A stretch of DNA of 48,442 bases, from NCBI GenBank assembly GCA_051941275.1, contig JAVEBF010000025.1, positions 1 through 48,442 of the forward strand, written 5' to 3'. The notes under the pieces were generated by a model. The model made no database searches and was not told the DNA's origin. It was given only the letters and a program-made list of their open reading frames with translations. A program made the translations under genes and the position numbers. Origin of the DNA: Dirinaria sp. TL-2023a (taxonomy: Eukaryota). Of this stretch, positions 25,150 through 37,957 are shown piece after piece (positions within the stretch are counted from its first letter, which is position 1; every line of letters starts with the position of its first letter).

Positions 25150-26250
25150 CTTTTCGCTCCTTGTGCATGTAAAGTCAATTATTACCGCTCTGCTTTTCCG
25201 TGAACCGGCTTGTGGGTAAATTGCTCTTGAACCTCTTCTGGGATTCCCTGGATCTACTTGTTCAACGCATCACACGTTAAAAATTCTTTTGAAAACTGTC
25301 TAGGTTGAGCTTCTCAGCACCTTTTCGCGCTGTGCAACTCTTGTTTCTCATCCTGTTCAGTTAGTGAGACATAACCTACCTTTTCTTTGGAAGGAGAATG
25401 TTTGGTCTGGGATCCGTCTCAAGACTTCGTTCCGATGCATTGAGGAGTTGACGAAGAAGCGCACGTCGAATTCTATCAGTCAAAAAGTTTTCGATTGATT
25501 ATAAGGGACTGAGAAAGAGATTCCGGTAGTCTCCGTGACGGCCACAACTTTTTTGCAGAGCAAGCCTAGCTAGCTTCTAATAGTTTGGATTCGATATGAA
25601 GAAACGAATAGTAGAAGATGAGTTTGAAAGAGCTTTCCATAACGAGGAATGTGGTCACCAAGTGACAGGAGTACAGCATTCAACATGATGAGCAGAGACT
25701 TGGAAAACGTCAGTAAGGCAATTATTAGCATCATCAGGAGAAAGGCGCTGACACGAAGATCTACCACGAGAACTAGCCGTATTTCAACGAGGTCAATTGT
25801 AGAGAAGTATCATCTCCTACTGAGCCATAATGGAAATGGGTGGCGTCTGGACCGGAGTTGCCCATGTAGCCTTAACTGTCCTTCATATCGGGGCTACGAT
25901 TGAAAGGATCTTTTTGAGCAAAAGCATCCTCAATTAGTGCTTTGTTCTCGGCAAGGAATGTTCAACGGCGAACATTTTCCAGCTCCGGGCTCGAGTCGAA
26001 AATGCCTTCAACTCTATGATCCGAAGAGTTCTCCTCAGCTTCACTGAAATTGAACTTCTCCCTGTAGTAGTTGTTTCCACATGAGCTAGGATCCATCTTC
26101 CCAGAGCTGCCTAAGTGCAAGAGCTACTCGTCTGGGGGCCAGATTTTCCTGAGATGAACTGCTCTCATCTTGTTGAGGCTTTGAAGAAGCTGGAATTGAG
26201 ACTTACTTTCGTGTATTAGTGGTGGAAATGATATGTTAGGACATGTGAGA
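25150..26250 (-). pseudogene. heavily decayed gene relic, weak resemblance to the N-terminal helical domain of fungal NACHT/STAND proteins
   Basis: Fragment IRLVLV|intron-like|...LGDHIPRYGKLFQTH, with many stops and frameshifts around it. Resemblance judged by eye only; boundaries approximate. Confidence 0.25.
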
Positions 26251-28645
26251 GGGGTCCTCCCATTTTTCTTGTTGATGCCACGCTACCGTGCAGCGAGTGA
26301 GCTGTTCATCTCATCTGCACGCCGCAAAGCTTTCACTGCAATTCTCTACGGCCGGAATCGGTCTGTACAAGACTATACACAACTGCCCGACGATGTCCGG
26401 AAGGGGCTAGCAGGACTTCACAGATGACGTGCGTATGCCTGCAATTCTCAACATGTAATCATAAGCAGCAATTCGAGACGGGCCAAACCATGCGATATAT
26501 TTCTTCTATTCAACAGAATGTGCTCCCATTAGATATGGTCTAGTCTAGCCGTGACGATGTACGACAAATTCTCCATAGGAGGCTACGAAAGTAGGCAAAT
26601 CATCAAGGTTCCGAATATACTGTCAGATTTTCAGTTCTGTGTTAAGGCTCGATGGTCGTCCAAGGATGCGGAGTGAGATTATCTTGTTCTTGATGGGTTT
26701 TGAACGTGGCACCTTCCTCATTTTCCAGAATCTTTTAAAAATAGACTTCTACTAAGGCATCCGTAGTGTAGGCATGCTCATGCGCAGTGCTCTGCGCGAC
26801 CTTTTGCATGCTAGGTGTCCAGCCCGGATTCTCGAATGCGAACCGATCCGAGTAGAGCTGTCATGTCTTGCGTATCGACTCGTTGACAATGATTCCACTC
26901 CCTGTAGTACTGTCCATGAGAGTCGCGTGCGGCAGTCGTGTGCTTGCATCGTACGTTGAGCATACGGCGCTTGGAGACAGATATTGATCATTGCTCATGC
27001 AACGTACTCGCTGAGCCAAAGGTCCAGATGTCACGGAGAAACCTTGAACCATGACCTCAGGAAGCAGTGTGTGTCGCCAAGCATTGAAAGCAGTCTTCGA
27101 TGTCATCGCTGTTGTAGCTATCATCGCTGTCCTCGTGAGTTCATTGATTTGACTGCAACGAGCTTCGTTGAAGCAAAGGTGCCTCTGAAGACGCAAGCCT
27201 TGGCGAAAGAGACCTTGAGATTTACGAGCCATATCAAGACGCGTCGCACATTTCCAACATTATTATTGTCATTGGCTGCACCAAAAGGAGCACGAGCCAG
27301 AAGCGAACTGTTCCACGTATTAACGAAAGGTTCGTCCAAGCAAGAGCCAACGCATGAACTCACCAATCGGGCTAGACTGAACGCTAGTGTCAACCCACAC
27401 CAACCACAGATCACTTGTGTGGCCATCATATCTCCACAACCTAGAAACGCACGATTGTTGGATCTCATTCTGAATTGATTAGATAGTTCAGTCGCAAAAC
27501 CTCGGCCACAATAGCTGCGTGTTCTGTTCGATGAGCTTTGATGACTGGCCGTTAGGCGGTGATCGAGAGTCGCCAAACTTCGCGGCTTGCATTTACATCT
27601 GCTCCTTGAGCATGATCCGATATCCAGCCACCTTCCGTACTTTCAACATAGACTAGAGGTAGAGTATCCACGACTAGGACATCCACGAATGCGCAGAGCA
27701 ATTATGCAAGTCGAGCCGTGGCTTGGATCTTTTTGAGGCAATGATTGACAATCAATCCACTCAAGTCCAAAGGGCGAGAAGATTGGACTTCAATATGCAG
27801 CGGAGACCCAACAGACCATATTACAACGAAGAGAGGCAACTCAATTGCTATAATGAGCAAAGCCAGCCACCGAGCAAGGCATGACTCAACCATAGCATGT
27901 GCTAACTCTGCCACAGCCGCAGAATCGCTCCTCGCTCTTCTTCATGCCTGTTGGAGAGTCGAGTACGACACCGCCCACGAACAGCTACCGTATTTACTTG
28001 CACAGGTTCCCATGTCGGGCTTTTTCAAAGATCTATGAAAGCGCTGTACGAAGCTGTCATGGCGGATTTCGTTCCATGCCTGTGGAAAAGCCTTGATCTT
28101 TATGTCATAGCACATGCGGTCGGAAATGGAGACATTGCCGTTTTCAGACGTCGAGCTGGGGGGAGTGGATGCTGGCATGCTGGGTGCCAGCTGGCAGAGG
28201 TATGGAGAAATGTCAGACAGAAGACAGATGTAGCTTAGTTCGAGCTGTGAATTTTTGAATTCATAAAAGGATACTTTTATATGGTGCGTCTCCAATTAGA
28301 TCCATAATGGATTATACTTCACGTCCCATCCCTGTCGGCTGTAGCATAGACACAGAAGATACTATACACAAGTAATCATTGCCAGAACCTGGGCTCTGAT
28401 TCCACAGCAAAGAATGCAGCGCCGCGGACCATCAGAGACTTTACAGAACCTTTCCCAAAAGCCGATGCGGAGAAAATGCGATAAATCTGTGCGACACGGT
28501 AGGATTATGAAGTACTTCGAACACACACACTGATACACAATAACGATAGGTGACCTGGTGACGAGGAATCCCATCGGTATCCGAGGAACGTGGCTTCCAT
28601 TCCGCCAAGCTTCTGCAATAACGTCTGTTGGTAGGCGGCCTCGAA

Positions 28646-29113
28646 TCAGACCTTGTGGCATGCCAATCTGCTTATCCACCTCTTCAGTACTCGCCGCCAA
28701 CCTGTCTCGCTTGGGCGTTCAATGTCCTTGAAATCTGGCTTAAACTCGGGCTCCTCGTGCCCTATCTCCACTTTGGTCATGCTCGAATTGTGGGAGGGTG
28801 CCGTGCGGCCCTCAGGCCCGATGGAAGATGCTCTCAAAGCAGGATGGATTACCGACGGTGATACAGGCTCTTCGCGTCGACCGAACGAGTGCAGACCCAA
28901 AGATATAGTGGAGGGAAATGTTACCGAGATTGGTTCATCCTGGTCTTGTACGGTGGCTTCAGATCGGGAGTTATGGACGTCGACTTCCTCTCTCGCCTCA
29001 GCTAGCCTAGGCAAAGTCGAAACCTCGCCTGGAATTCTGGCTGTCGTGGTAGAAAAAGGCGCCGCGCGTGACTTGTAGCTTCTCAGCCATGCTGGTTCTT
29101 GTGCTTTATCCAT
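28646..29113 (-). CDS. hypothetical disordered protein
   Basis: Open frame MDKAQEPAWLRSYKSRAAPF...WRRVLKRWISRLACHKV within ORF 28646-29257. No family recognised. Confidence 0.35.
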   Translation of the reverse strand: MDKAQEPAWLRSYKSRAAPFSTTTARIPGEVSTLPRLAEAREEVDVHNSRSEATVQDQDEPISVTFPSTISLGLHSFGRREEPVSPSVIHPALRASSIGPEGRTAPSHNSSMTKVEIGHEEPEFKPDFKDIERPSETGWRRVLKRWISRLACHKV

Positions 29114-30711
29114 TGCTTTCGGTATCCGGTAGAGGAGAGCACGGCGGTTGAGGGAAGAAAGGCAAGATAGTGTGGAACGCGATTCAGAGATTCCCCCTAC
29201 ATATGTACGTTCATGGCGTGCGATGAACAGTTTGCGGTCTGACACAAAGTTTCCCACTAACCGGAGCCGTTGCTTAACGGACGCACCATTGAAGTGTCCG
29301 CACGGACATCAGACCATTGAAAACTTGCAATGATCAGCCGCATGCATTGTGGGAGCCGGCAACGGCTCGCTGTGCCTTGCCCAATTGAGATGCTTCTGGA
29401 TCGTCTTCGTCGAACATCCATAACTGACATCCTGTGGCAGTCCATCAATGATCCTTCGGGTTCTTTTCGCCGTTGTTCGGTACCGGACTGTCGGGGACGT
29501 GGGGCTGACAAGTCATCGTGTTCGACGACTGATTGGCCATGAGTATCTGCATATGCAAAGTGTGCCTAGATTGGCGCGCCTAAGGTAGCTCGTACCTGTA
29601 TACATTTTGCATAAATGGTCCGAGCTCAAGCACAAAAGTGAAAGGCTCGAACTGCGCTCGTGCCTCGCCAAGCTCTTAGAGGATTCATGGTTCAAGCTTA
29701 GCTCGTAGCGAGGTTGGGGAGCTGGGAAGCTGCGCTAAATTGCCTGGAGAAAATCGGCAAGGAAGCTCTGTTGCAAGTTGCACGCAGAATTTGTGTTGCA
29801 AGATTGAATGTCGCCGTTACAAATTAATGTAACCTTTTCGTGTTTGACCCACCGTCATCATGCCGAGAAGCACGCAGTCCAAAGTGCTTGCGCTGAGTCC
29901 AAATCATAAGCTCGTCACGATAACCAATCTGCAGGCTTGGGCCTGGAGGAATCCTTGTCTTCGCATGTACTGACGTGTCTTGCAGCGGCTTCTTCCCTCA
30001 AGCTGTGAGGATTTGCAGCTTGGAAATCTTACTATTTTCGATGCTTAACATGAAGCACAGTAAGGTACAATGTCGTACATCGCCTCGCATTTATTGACTC
30101 TTGCTCACGATCACGCGTAGCTAGCACGCGAGCTCATTCAGCCGTGAGGGTCAAGAAATGCAGGAGAGGTCCGGAAGTAGTAGTGTAGAGGAAAAAGCTC
30201 GCGTCGGTGGCTTGAGTTTCCGCGTTATGGAACGCTGTTGGAACGTTCTTTCACGTTGTTCGTGATAGAAAAGAATCGGCTGCAAGAAACTGACGCGTAC
30301 TTTATGCAAGTCGAGCTTCAGAAAGAAAGTCTTATCTAGGAACAATAGACAGTAAATGGCATCCGAGGAACTTTTAGCATTTTGGGTACTGCATTTGCAA
30401 CACTCGTCCTCATCAGTACGCACAAGAAGATCCTAGGAAATTTCCAGGAGGCTGGGCCTGACAGACTGGTGGCACTCTTATCGTTACGTTCAGGATGGCT
30501 TGACGCTTCTTGCTTGGCGTAGGCCACGCAAATTGTTGATCTCATGCGGGACATGAGTCTTATACTCAAGCTGAGTATGCATACAATTGGTTAGCTTCAT
30601 CTTCTGGATTGCTGCACTCATAGATCTTTAGCTCGACAAATCCTCCCACCAGCCGTCTTCTTCACTCTTCAAGATTTGAGTGTTGCGAGGTTTCCAATGC
30701 ACTCCTTCAAA

Positions 30712-32488
30712 TCATGGGTTCTTTGATATTCGTCTAGATGCACCTTCTTCATTACCTGTGGCAGTGCGCCTAGCATTCTCCTTCTCTTGCTGCTTTTTCT
30801 CATCCTTGAGTCTCTTTTCTCGCCGCCATTGAGGTCCACGTTTGATGACTACCAGGACGATAGGGCTCATGCATACCCACACAGCTGCGACCAAAACAGA
30901 AGTCCATCCAAGACCGATAGCTTTGAGCAATGGATTGACGAATGCCACTGCGCCTGCTCCCATCCAGCACCTGGCCACGTTCATTGCCGCTGAAGCTGCG
31001 CCCGGGCTTCTGAGGTTTAAGTCCACAATCAGAGCATTCAACCCGGTAGAACATCCAGTCATGCAGAAGGTGGAGAGGAACAGGAAGACAAGCGGGCCTG
31101 CAAGAGAGGTGTGACTCATCATCACCCAACCGTAGGAAATTACTGTTACCGCAGCGCCATACATCAAAGGAAGCACCACTTGGAGGCGAGCAGCCTCGAT
31201 TGGAAAGTTGGTGAGGTCTTGTTGTTTTCTGTCGACGACTTCCATACCGAGCCGTCTAGCGTGCCGTCGGAAATTCCAGTTGAGGAACCGGCCAACCAGC
31301 ACAGAAGCCAGCATACTCCCGAGACCAGTGGGGATGTAGCACAGCCCGATTTGCAAAGTATTGAAACCATACTTCTCGGCAAATAGAGCTGGCATGCTGC
31401 TGAGAGCCATGTAGAAGCCACTGAAGACGGCGCCAGCGTAAAAAAGGATCAAGCCACTTTCCTTCTGAGTGATGATGTAAACCGACTTCAGGGGATTAGG
31501 ACGAGCTTTAAAGCCAGACTTCGACTTCTGCTGATCTTCAGCTCCAGTATTGGGCTGTTTTCTCAAGTGCAAGTAACTCATCAGGGACATGTTCCATTTG
31601 CGCGGAGGAATCGATCCATTGCCGACGATTTTCCTGCCGGTTTCAGGCAAGCTGACGAGAATGATGAGAAACACGACCCCAGAGAATATTGTGAGAAACC
31701 AAAAGATAGACCTCCAGCCAAGAAATTGATTGAGTAAACCTCCGACGATGGGACCAAAGGCCGGGCCGACCATGGCACCCATTTGCGCATATCCCATACT
31801 GGTACCTCGCTCCGCAGATGTAACAATATCCGCGACGACAGCTTGTGCCAGAGCGACCGTGCCGCTACTCCCTGAGCTTTGGATCATGCGAACTATCAGC
31901 AAAGACGGATAATTCTTGAGCTCTGCGAGACCAATGTTAGCGCCTATATAGACGATAAAGCAGATCATGTAAGACGGTCGCCGGCCGGCCTCGTCCGAAA
32001 AGCTTCCAACGAAAGACGGTGCTAGCCCTTGGAAAATCTACGTCTAAGTCAGCATTACAGACCAAGGTGGTCTTCGATCGTCGTACCAGGTATGTGGTGA
32101 TCGTCAAATTAATTTTGCTCAAGGAAACATGTAGATCGGTGGATAGGGTATTGAGGGCCGGATAGTAGATATTGGCTGTCAGCGGAGAGAACAGGGCAGC
32201 CAGCGACGCGATCGCGACAATGAAATTACTCTCGCGAGCACTGAAGATTGAGAATGGTGGCTCTGGATCAGGAGCTTGCTGTCCAATTTGATCTTGGACA
32301 TGCTTTTCTGACTCCGCTGGAGCCGCCTGCGTTTCTGCTTCAGCATCCCGGTGGTCTAGCTCGGACTCCAGAGCTCGTTTCGTCTCAGGTCGGTCTCCCC
32401 CTCCTTGTCGGTGACACGATGGCGTAGATGCATCTAGTAACTCTATCTCGTTGGAATTCTCGGTGCCTCTTTGCCTGTTGGACTGCAT
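30712..32488 (-). CDS. MFS drug:H+ antiporter (DHA1, Qdr/Aqr1-like), 2 exons
   Basis: PPFSIFS, FSPLTANIYYPAL, INLTITTYL|IFQGLAPSFVGSFSDEAGRRP (intron 32038-32086), RMIQSSGSSGT, GPAFGPIVGGLL, GWRSIFWFL, LPETGRKIVGNGSIPP and FPIEAARL. Confidence 0.95.
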
Positions 32489-33271
32489 ATTGCTTTTGAA
32501 AGACGCGCGCAAGGGAATCAGGAAGCTTTTCCTGTGACGAAAAGAATAGGGTTAAACATGATGCGAAATGTTCTGATACTGGCAGAACCGGGGACACTAC
32601 TGAATCTGTAGTCATGGTGATGGTGTTGAGGGCGGATCAGGATTAGTTGATCCCCTTCCAGATGACGCATTGTTTCCTGCAGGCCACCGGTCGAGCGGGT
32701 CTATGATGGCTTAACCCCGTCTTCTAGGACATCTGACCCCTAGGAAAGCTGGCATAGGTAATTTTGAATTGGGATATCCAAGCTTTTTGAGGCATAAGGT
32801 AGTCATGGACCATCGATCTTATTTTTCGCCAACCTCGCAGCTCTTTTTCGGTAGTAGGGAGAGGAAAGTAAACTGCATGGAATATTTAATTACCTTTTCC
32901 ATCTCGTTGTTTGTGGATATATTCAGGGTTGATTTAGGTTTGGAAAATAATGACCAGGACGATTTTTAATCTCCGGAGTGCAGGTAACTCCGCCGGAATT
33001 ATCTTATCTCGCATGAGATAACGGAAGTGACAATCAACTCTTCGTGATCAATTCATCCTGTTCAGGGAGTAGATGCTACAGGCAATTTCCGTTTGCCTGC
33101 ACTGTGCCTGTGCAGTGCGCTCACAGCCATCTGGAGAAGCTCCTGGACAGCATCTTGTTCTTGCCCGTCCAAAGCGGTCCGCCGCACTCTTATCTTCCCA
33201 CCTTTCCCAAGCCTATTTTCAGACCGGATCGACCTGGAACCTCAACCTTTCCAATTGAAACTGCCGAAAAC

Positions 33272-33910
33272 ATGGCAGCCTACATAGAGTGGGCCATTGG
33301 AAGCCTCACCTCCGGCTTCAAAGGTCACGACGCCAAGTTGTTCACCAAAGGCCCCGCCTTCGCCGACTTCCCCAACCCTACACTGGAGCTGTCGTGCCCA
33401 GAATGCGGACCCTCGGGCTCGAGCATGAAGCTGCACCACTCGCAAGACGGAGCAGAGAAGGCCAAAGACCGCTTTCTCGAGCTCAGCTGGCGCCGCGTGG
33501 AGGGCGCCAAGGAGTACATCCTGCTGTGCGAAGACGCCGACCTGCCCGTCCCCGCCGTCATTTTCCACGGCCTGTTCTACGCGATCCCGCCGACTACGAC
33601 GGCGGTCGCGGCTGCCGATATGGATCTGATGGAAGGGGAAGACGGGCAGGTGAAGGGTAGCAACGCCCTGGTGGTGAAGGCTGGGTTCCGGTGTATCAAG
33701 AACATACAGGGAAGCCACTATACTGGGCCCAAGCCATTGCTGAACCATGGGCCTCACCGATATTTCTATCAGCTGGTGGCTTTGAAGGAGCCCGTGGACC
33801 TGGAGAAGTTGGGGCCCAAGGTCACAAAAGATGGGTTGGGTGCGGCGATTGTGGGCAAGGTCATCGGCTGGGGAGAGTGGGTTGGCGTATATGAGCGGAA
33901 GTGGGAATGA
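33272..33910 (+). CDS. phosphatidylethanolamine-binding protein (PEBP, YbhB/YbcL-like), intronless
   Basis: LSW...EYILLCEDADLP...FHGLFYAIP, YTGPKPLLNHGPHRYFYQLVAL and C-terminal WGEWVGVYERKW. ATG at 33272 in aaacATGG context. Confidence 0.9.
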   Translation: MAAYIEWAIGSLTSGFKGHDAKLFTKGPAFADFPNPTLELSCPECGPSGSSMKLHHSQDGAEKAKDRFLELSWRRVEGAKEYILLCEDADLPVPAVIFHGLFYAIPPTTTAVAAADMDLMEGEDGQVKGSNALVVKAGFRCIKNIQGSHYTGPKPLLNHGPHRYFYQLVALKEPVDLEKLGPKVTKDGLGAAIVGKVIGWGEWVGVYERKWE

Positions 33911-34373
33911 TTAAGTTAGTGAACATGATTTCAGCTCAGAACGAGACAGTGAGCGGAATTGAAGTGCGCAAATGTTCTCGCCAAGGTCGTTGCTAACTTT
34001 GTCATGGGCGAAAGATACCAGAAGTAGCCCCAGGTAAGGATCGCCAGGCCGAAATACTAAAACCCGCAAAAGGCGACAAGCAAATAAAAAAGTGCTGTGC
34101 GTATGTACATACGTGTGACCGAGGCAACTCCCTCCAATGAAGAAGACCCGCCCACTATAAGCGCTCCTTGCCATCAAAAAAATCTCCTAGACCTCAAAAA
34201 TACTTAGACCGAGGCTCGGCATGCCCGAAAGCCACAAAATTCGCCACAAAGCCAACCAGCCATCCACAAACCCTCACTCAGAAGAAAAGAGCCATCAAAA
34301 TATAAGACCAGCCCACTACTCCAAGTCTCCTCCCTCACAAATGAAAAATCCCTAACTATCACCTCTCATAACA

Positions 34374-35178
34374 ATGTTATCCCCCACACTCTTCTTTCCC
34401 CCTATAATCCTGCTCCTCGCATCCCTATCCCTATCCAGCGCCAGCGTGACCTGTCTCAAACCCAACCAAGCCGCCACAGCGACGTGGACCGATTCCGCGG
34501 GGAGGAAATGCTCGTGGAGCGGGACCGTGGGGTCGAATTTCGGGATTAATGGGGTTAATAATGGGAAGTGAGTTTGCCTTTATCTGTTGGTCTTGCCTGT
34601 TTGGTTGCAAGGGTGGCTATTGAGTCGAGTATTTGAGAATGGGAGTGGAGATGAGGATGGGTTGTGGGAATGGAAGACTGACGTACCTTGGGGGAGGGTG
34701 TAGTTATAGTTGTAATGGACGGTAGGGAAGCCAGGGATGGGGTTCTGAATTTACGATCGTGAAGTTGATTATGATGCAGATGTGGTGCAGCGTGCGACGG
34801 AGGTCCGTTCAAGGGTGGTTTGGGGAATGCTTAGTGAGTAATCTTACTTTTATTACCCCCTCCCTTAAAAGGTCCTTCATCATCACACAAATCGCGAGAC
34901 TAAAAGACATCAAAAATTTACCAGCACGCAAGACTGTTGGTCGCACGACATATGCTCGTGGTTCAACAACGCGCAGGGCGGATCCAAGTAAGAGTCTCTT
35001 CATTTGATTCTGTTGTGAAAGAGCAGAGTTCATATTGTCAACTCACAGAGACCCGAACTGTGGCAAAGCATACGATGCCGCGCAGGACGATTACCTTCTT
35101 GGTATCATCGATGGATGTGGAGCGGCGAACCCTACCGTTGCGCCCAAGCCGCCGACCAGCCTTCCGAGCTGCAGCTAG
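34374..35178 (+). CDS. small secreted cysteine-rich protein (10 Cys), 5 exons
   Basis: Exons 34374-34567, 34704-34721, 34780-34833, 34925-34987 and 35049-35178 splice in frame. Product: signal peptide, then SVTCLKPNQAATATWTDSAGRKCSWSGTVGSNFGINGVNNGNYSCNGRCGAACDGGPFKGGLGNAYTQDCWSHDICSWFNNAQGGSKDPNCGKAYDAAQDDYLLGIIDGCGAANPTVAPKPPTSLPSCS*. Confidence 0.85.
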
Positions 35179-36178
35179 AAGCGGGTTGGAGTTTTGATCG
35201 CAGGCTGTGGATGTGATGTGATGGATAGGAGCAGCGCGTTTTTGTACGTTATAGACTGCGCTTAGGGAAACGAGGAGAGCTGGAGCCGAAATTTTAGTGC
35301 GCTGAGGAAGGTTGGAGGAAGGCTGTTTGATATAGGATCTAGTTTTGCTTCGATCTGCTGTTCCTTTGCAGAAGCTCCGTTTCGGCTCGATATTCAACCC
35401 TAGGAGAAAAGTTGGAAAGTCCACAGATTTGCAGCGATGAGAAAAGGTTTCATGTAGGGATATCTCAAGTCGCGACGCAGACCATCAGTCTTCACCTGCT
35501 CGTGCAGGCTTTCCGTGGCGCCATTCCGAAATTGAATACGATAAAAGCGTATCGCCAAATCGTCATTAGTAGTCTTATTCGTACATTCCAAAAAATTAAA
35601 CTTTCACGCAGGAAATGCCTTGCTCTCGTAGCGACGATAGCAGAACGTAACATCGCCTCAGGATACTGCGTTTCGCGGATACCGTTCTGCGCCATTCTGA
35701 GCCTTCTGAGCCAGTGCAAAAGGATAGGAGCACTGAGCCACCTGTATACGAGGAAGAAGCTATAAGTGTTAAAACGAAATAGGAAATCCTTATGAATACT
35801 TTCCGAAACTTCGAAAGGAAAAATCAGGACACATGACACACTTGTGTATGTATAAACAATCGATTGAAATGGTAGACTTAATGGCTAGCCACGCTAACCA
35901 TCCATACAGCGCGACCTACTAGTCCCATCAAGCGCACAATGCGTTATACTATGCTTCTACACTTTTCTGCGATTTGATTTCATAGGAAGCGAAAGTTGAA
36001 ATACTCAAGAACCCTCATTTTTTCCAAATGCTGATGACCAATCAAAGGTACTGACTCTCGAGGTTCCTAGGGTAAGCACAAGGTCCATGTACATCGCATG
36101 CAGATCAATAAGAAAGCATGCTCAACCTGATGGTTCAAGTCTTCCTAGTTCGCAGTAGCTCTTCTCATACAATGTGCA

Positions 36179-37957
36179 TCATGACTGTGAGGACTGCAGT
36201 GCGTCTTCGCAGGCCCTGAACACATCGAAACTGCACGAAAAGTCAGCTTCGAGCTTGAAGTATTTGATTATTGATGGCACTGACCTATACGCAAAATGTG
36301 TGCGGTCCCCGTGGCTTTTGGGTATTTCTGCCCTATGGTAAGCTTGGTCAAGAGACAAATGTTTGGTGTACTGAGGACGTACCACTCCCTGGCTCGGCAT
36401 ACTGCCGCAATTTATCCGCTACGGTGTACTCGAGCCCAGCTCTTGCTGACGATAGTACTTGTATCATGGCAGTTCGATTTCTCTTAACGTTTTCAAAGAT
36501 CTGTAATCTTTGCGAGACTTCGGCACTGGTGTTGACACCTTTGAACAGAGCGCCCAAGGCACCTGCATCCTCCATTGCTTGGTTCGCTGCCTGTCCGCTA
36601 AAAGGAAGCATCTGGTAGAGAATGGTTCAATAGGAATGCTTGGATAGAATCAGATAAGTAGCAGACTTACGGGATGTGCAGCGTCGCCAATCAGCGCTAT
36701 ATTGTGCAAAGTCCAATGTGAGAAAGGCTCGTAGTACGCAAGCCGCCAGCATGAGACATCTTCCGCGTAGCTAGAAGTCTTCGTCAGCGTCTATACTAAG
36801 TGCTGAGTTGATGAGGGAACTAGCTTCAGTAATTCAATAATGTCTTTATGGAAGTGGCCGAACTCAGCGAGCAAAAAGCCTTTGGGGTCTAAGGTCAAAG
36901 TAATAAGTGTTCTGCGTTCCGAACATACGAGGTATTTGATACAGACTTACCGCTACTTGGGTCTTCCGAAAACCGTGTTGGGTAGATACCAACGATATTT
37001 TGAACCTCTCCTCTATCAAGATTTCAGCGCGATCACCGTTTCATCGGATACTCATGACCATACCCACGGCATCCATACCACTAAAGATTCGCGAAGTCAG
37101 TCATCTGTCGTTGTGCTGATTGATGTAATTGAAAAGGTTGATTTAAAAGTAGATGCTGTTTAGACAAAAATTGCAGCCCTTGAATATGTTCATGTAGGTT
37201 AGGTATGCTTGAAAATATGACTTACAATAATGTGGCGTTCTTTCACTTTTTCGGAGGTGTCTGCTATGAGAGTCGAGCCTTGAACTTTTGCTTTGAGAAG
37301 CCCACTTAGTGACTCTGACGCTTGATCCTTCAATTTCTTTGTAGGTATCAAGAGTCGAAACGCGCTCACGTCTGTCGCTGCGGGCGCTTGTAATTCTCCA
37401 TTCAGTACTGTCTTTCGTGTGGTGGAATGAACTCCATCGGCGCCTACGATCAGATCGGCGTGTAGCTTCGTCCCATCATTTAGAGTGACATAACCTTGCT
37501 CGTCCACTGCTTCTACGGTGGAGGCTAACTTCAAAGAAGCAGGGTTGTCCTCGCCTTCCAGAGCTAATCTTAAAAGCTCCTTATGGAGATCGACTCGGTG
37601 GATTGTCACGGCACGGCCGCCATATCTGGCTTCACTATCACTGAAATCCAGGCAGGAGAGCTGCTGCCGGGTGATACCATCCATGATTTCCCAATACTGC
37701 ATTTCGCATGGCTTCGCACTCTGCCAATCAAAGCCCAGCGCAGAGAGTACACGGGTTCCATTTGGAGAAAGTGCCACAGCAGCTCCGATCTCTGCCGCAA
37801 AGCGAGACTTTTCGAAGATCTACCAAAGGAGTCAGCGGTGTCCCATTGCTGCGTCCACACGTGACTGAACCTTCACAGAGTGACCAGCTTGACGTAGAGC
37901 TACTGCAGCGCAAAGCCCGCCAATGCCTGCGCCGGCAATAATTACTTCAAGCGGCAT
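36179..37957 (-). CDS. FAD-dependent monooxygenase, salicylate hydroxylase-like (FAD_binding_3), multi-exon
   Basis: MPLEVIIAGAGIGGL (GxGxxG), EIGAAVALSPNG, IHRVDLH, DLIVGADGVHS (DG motif), ALIGDAAHP|MLPFSGQAANQAMEDA (GD motif). Confidence 0.92.

Noticed and set aside
33044..33271. N-terminal extension of the PEBP ORF from a GTG start
   Set aside because: Non-ATG start and non-conserved-looking sequence; ATG 33272 has good context.
33272..33910. Horizontal transfer of the intronless GC-rich PEBP gene from bacteria
   Set aside because: The N-terminal and C-terminal (WVGVYER) features look like the ordinary fungal PEBP subfamily, and neighbouring intron-bearing genes show similar local GC richness. 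No phylogeny available.
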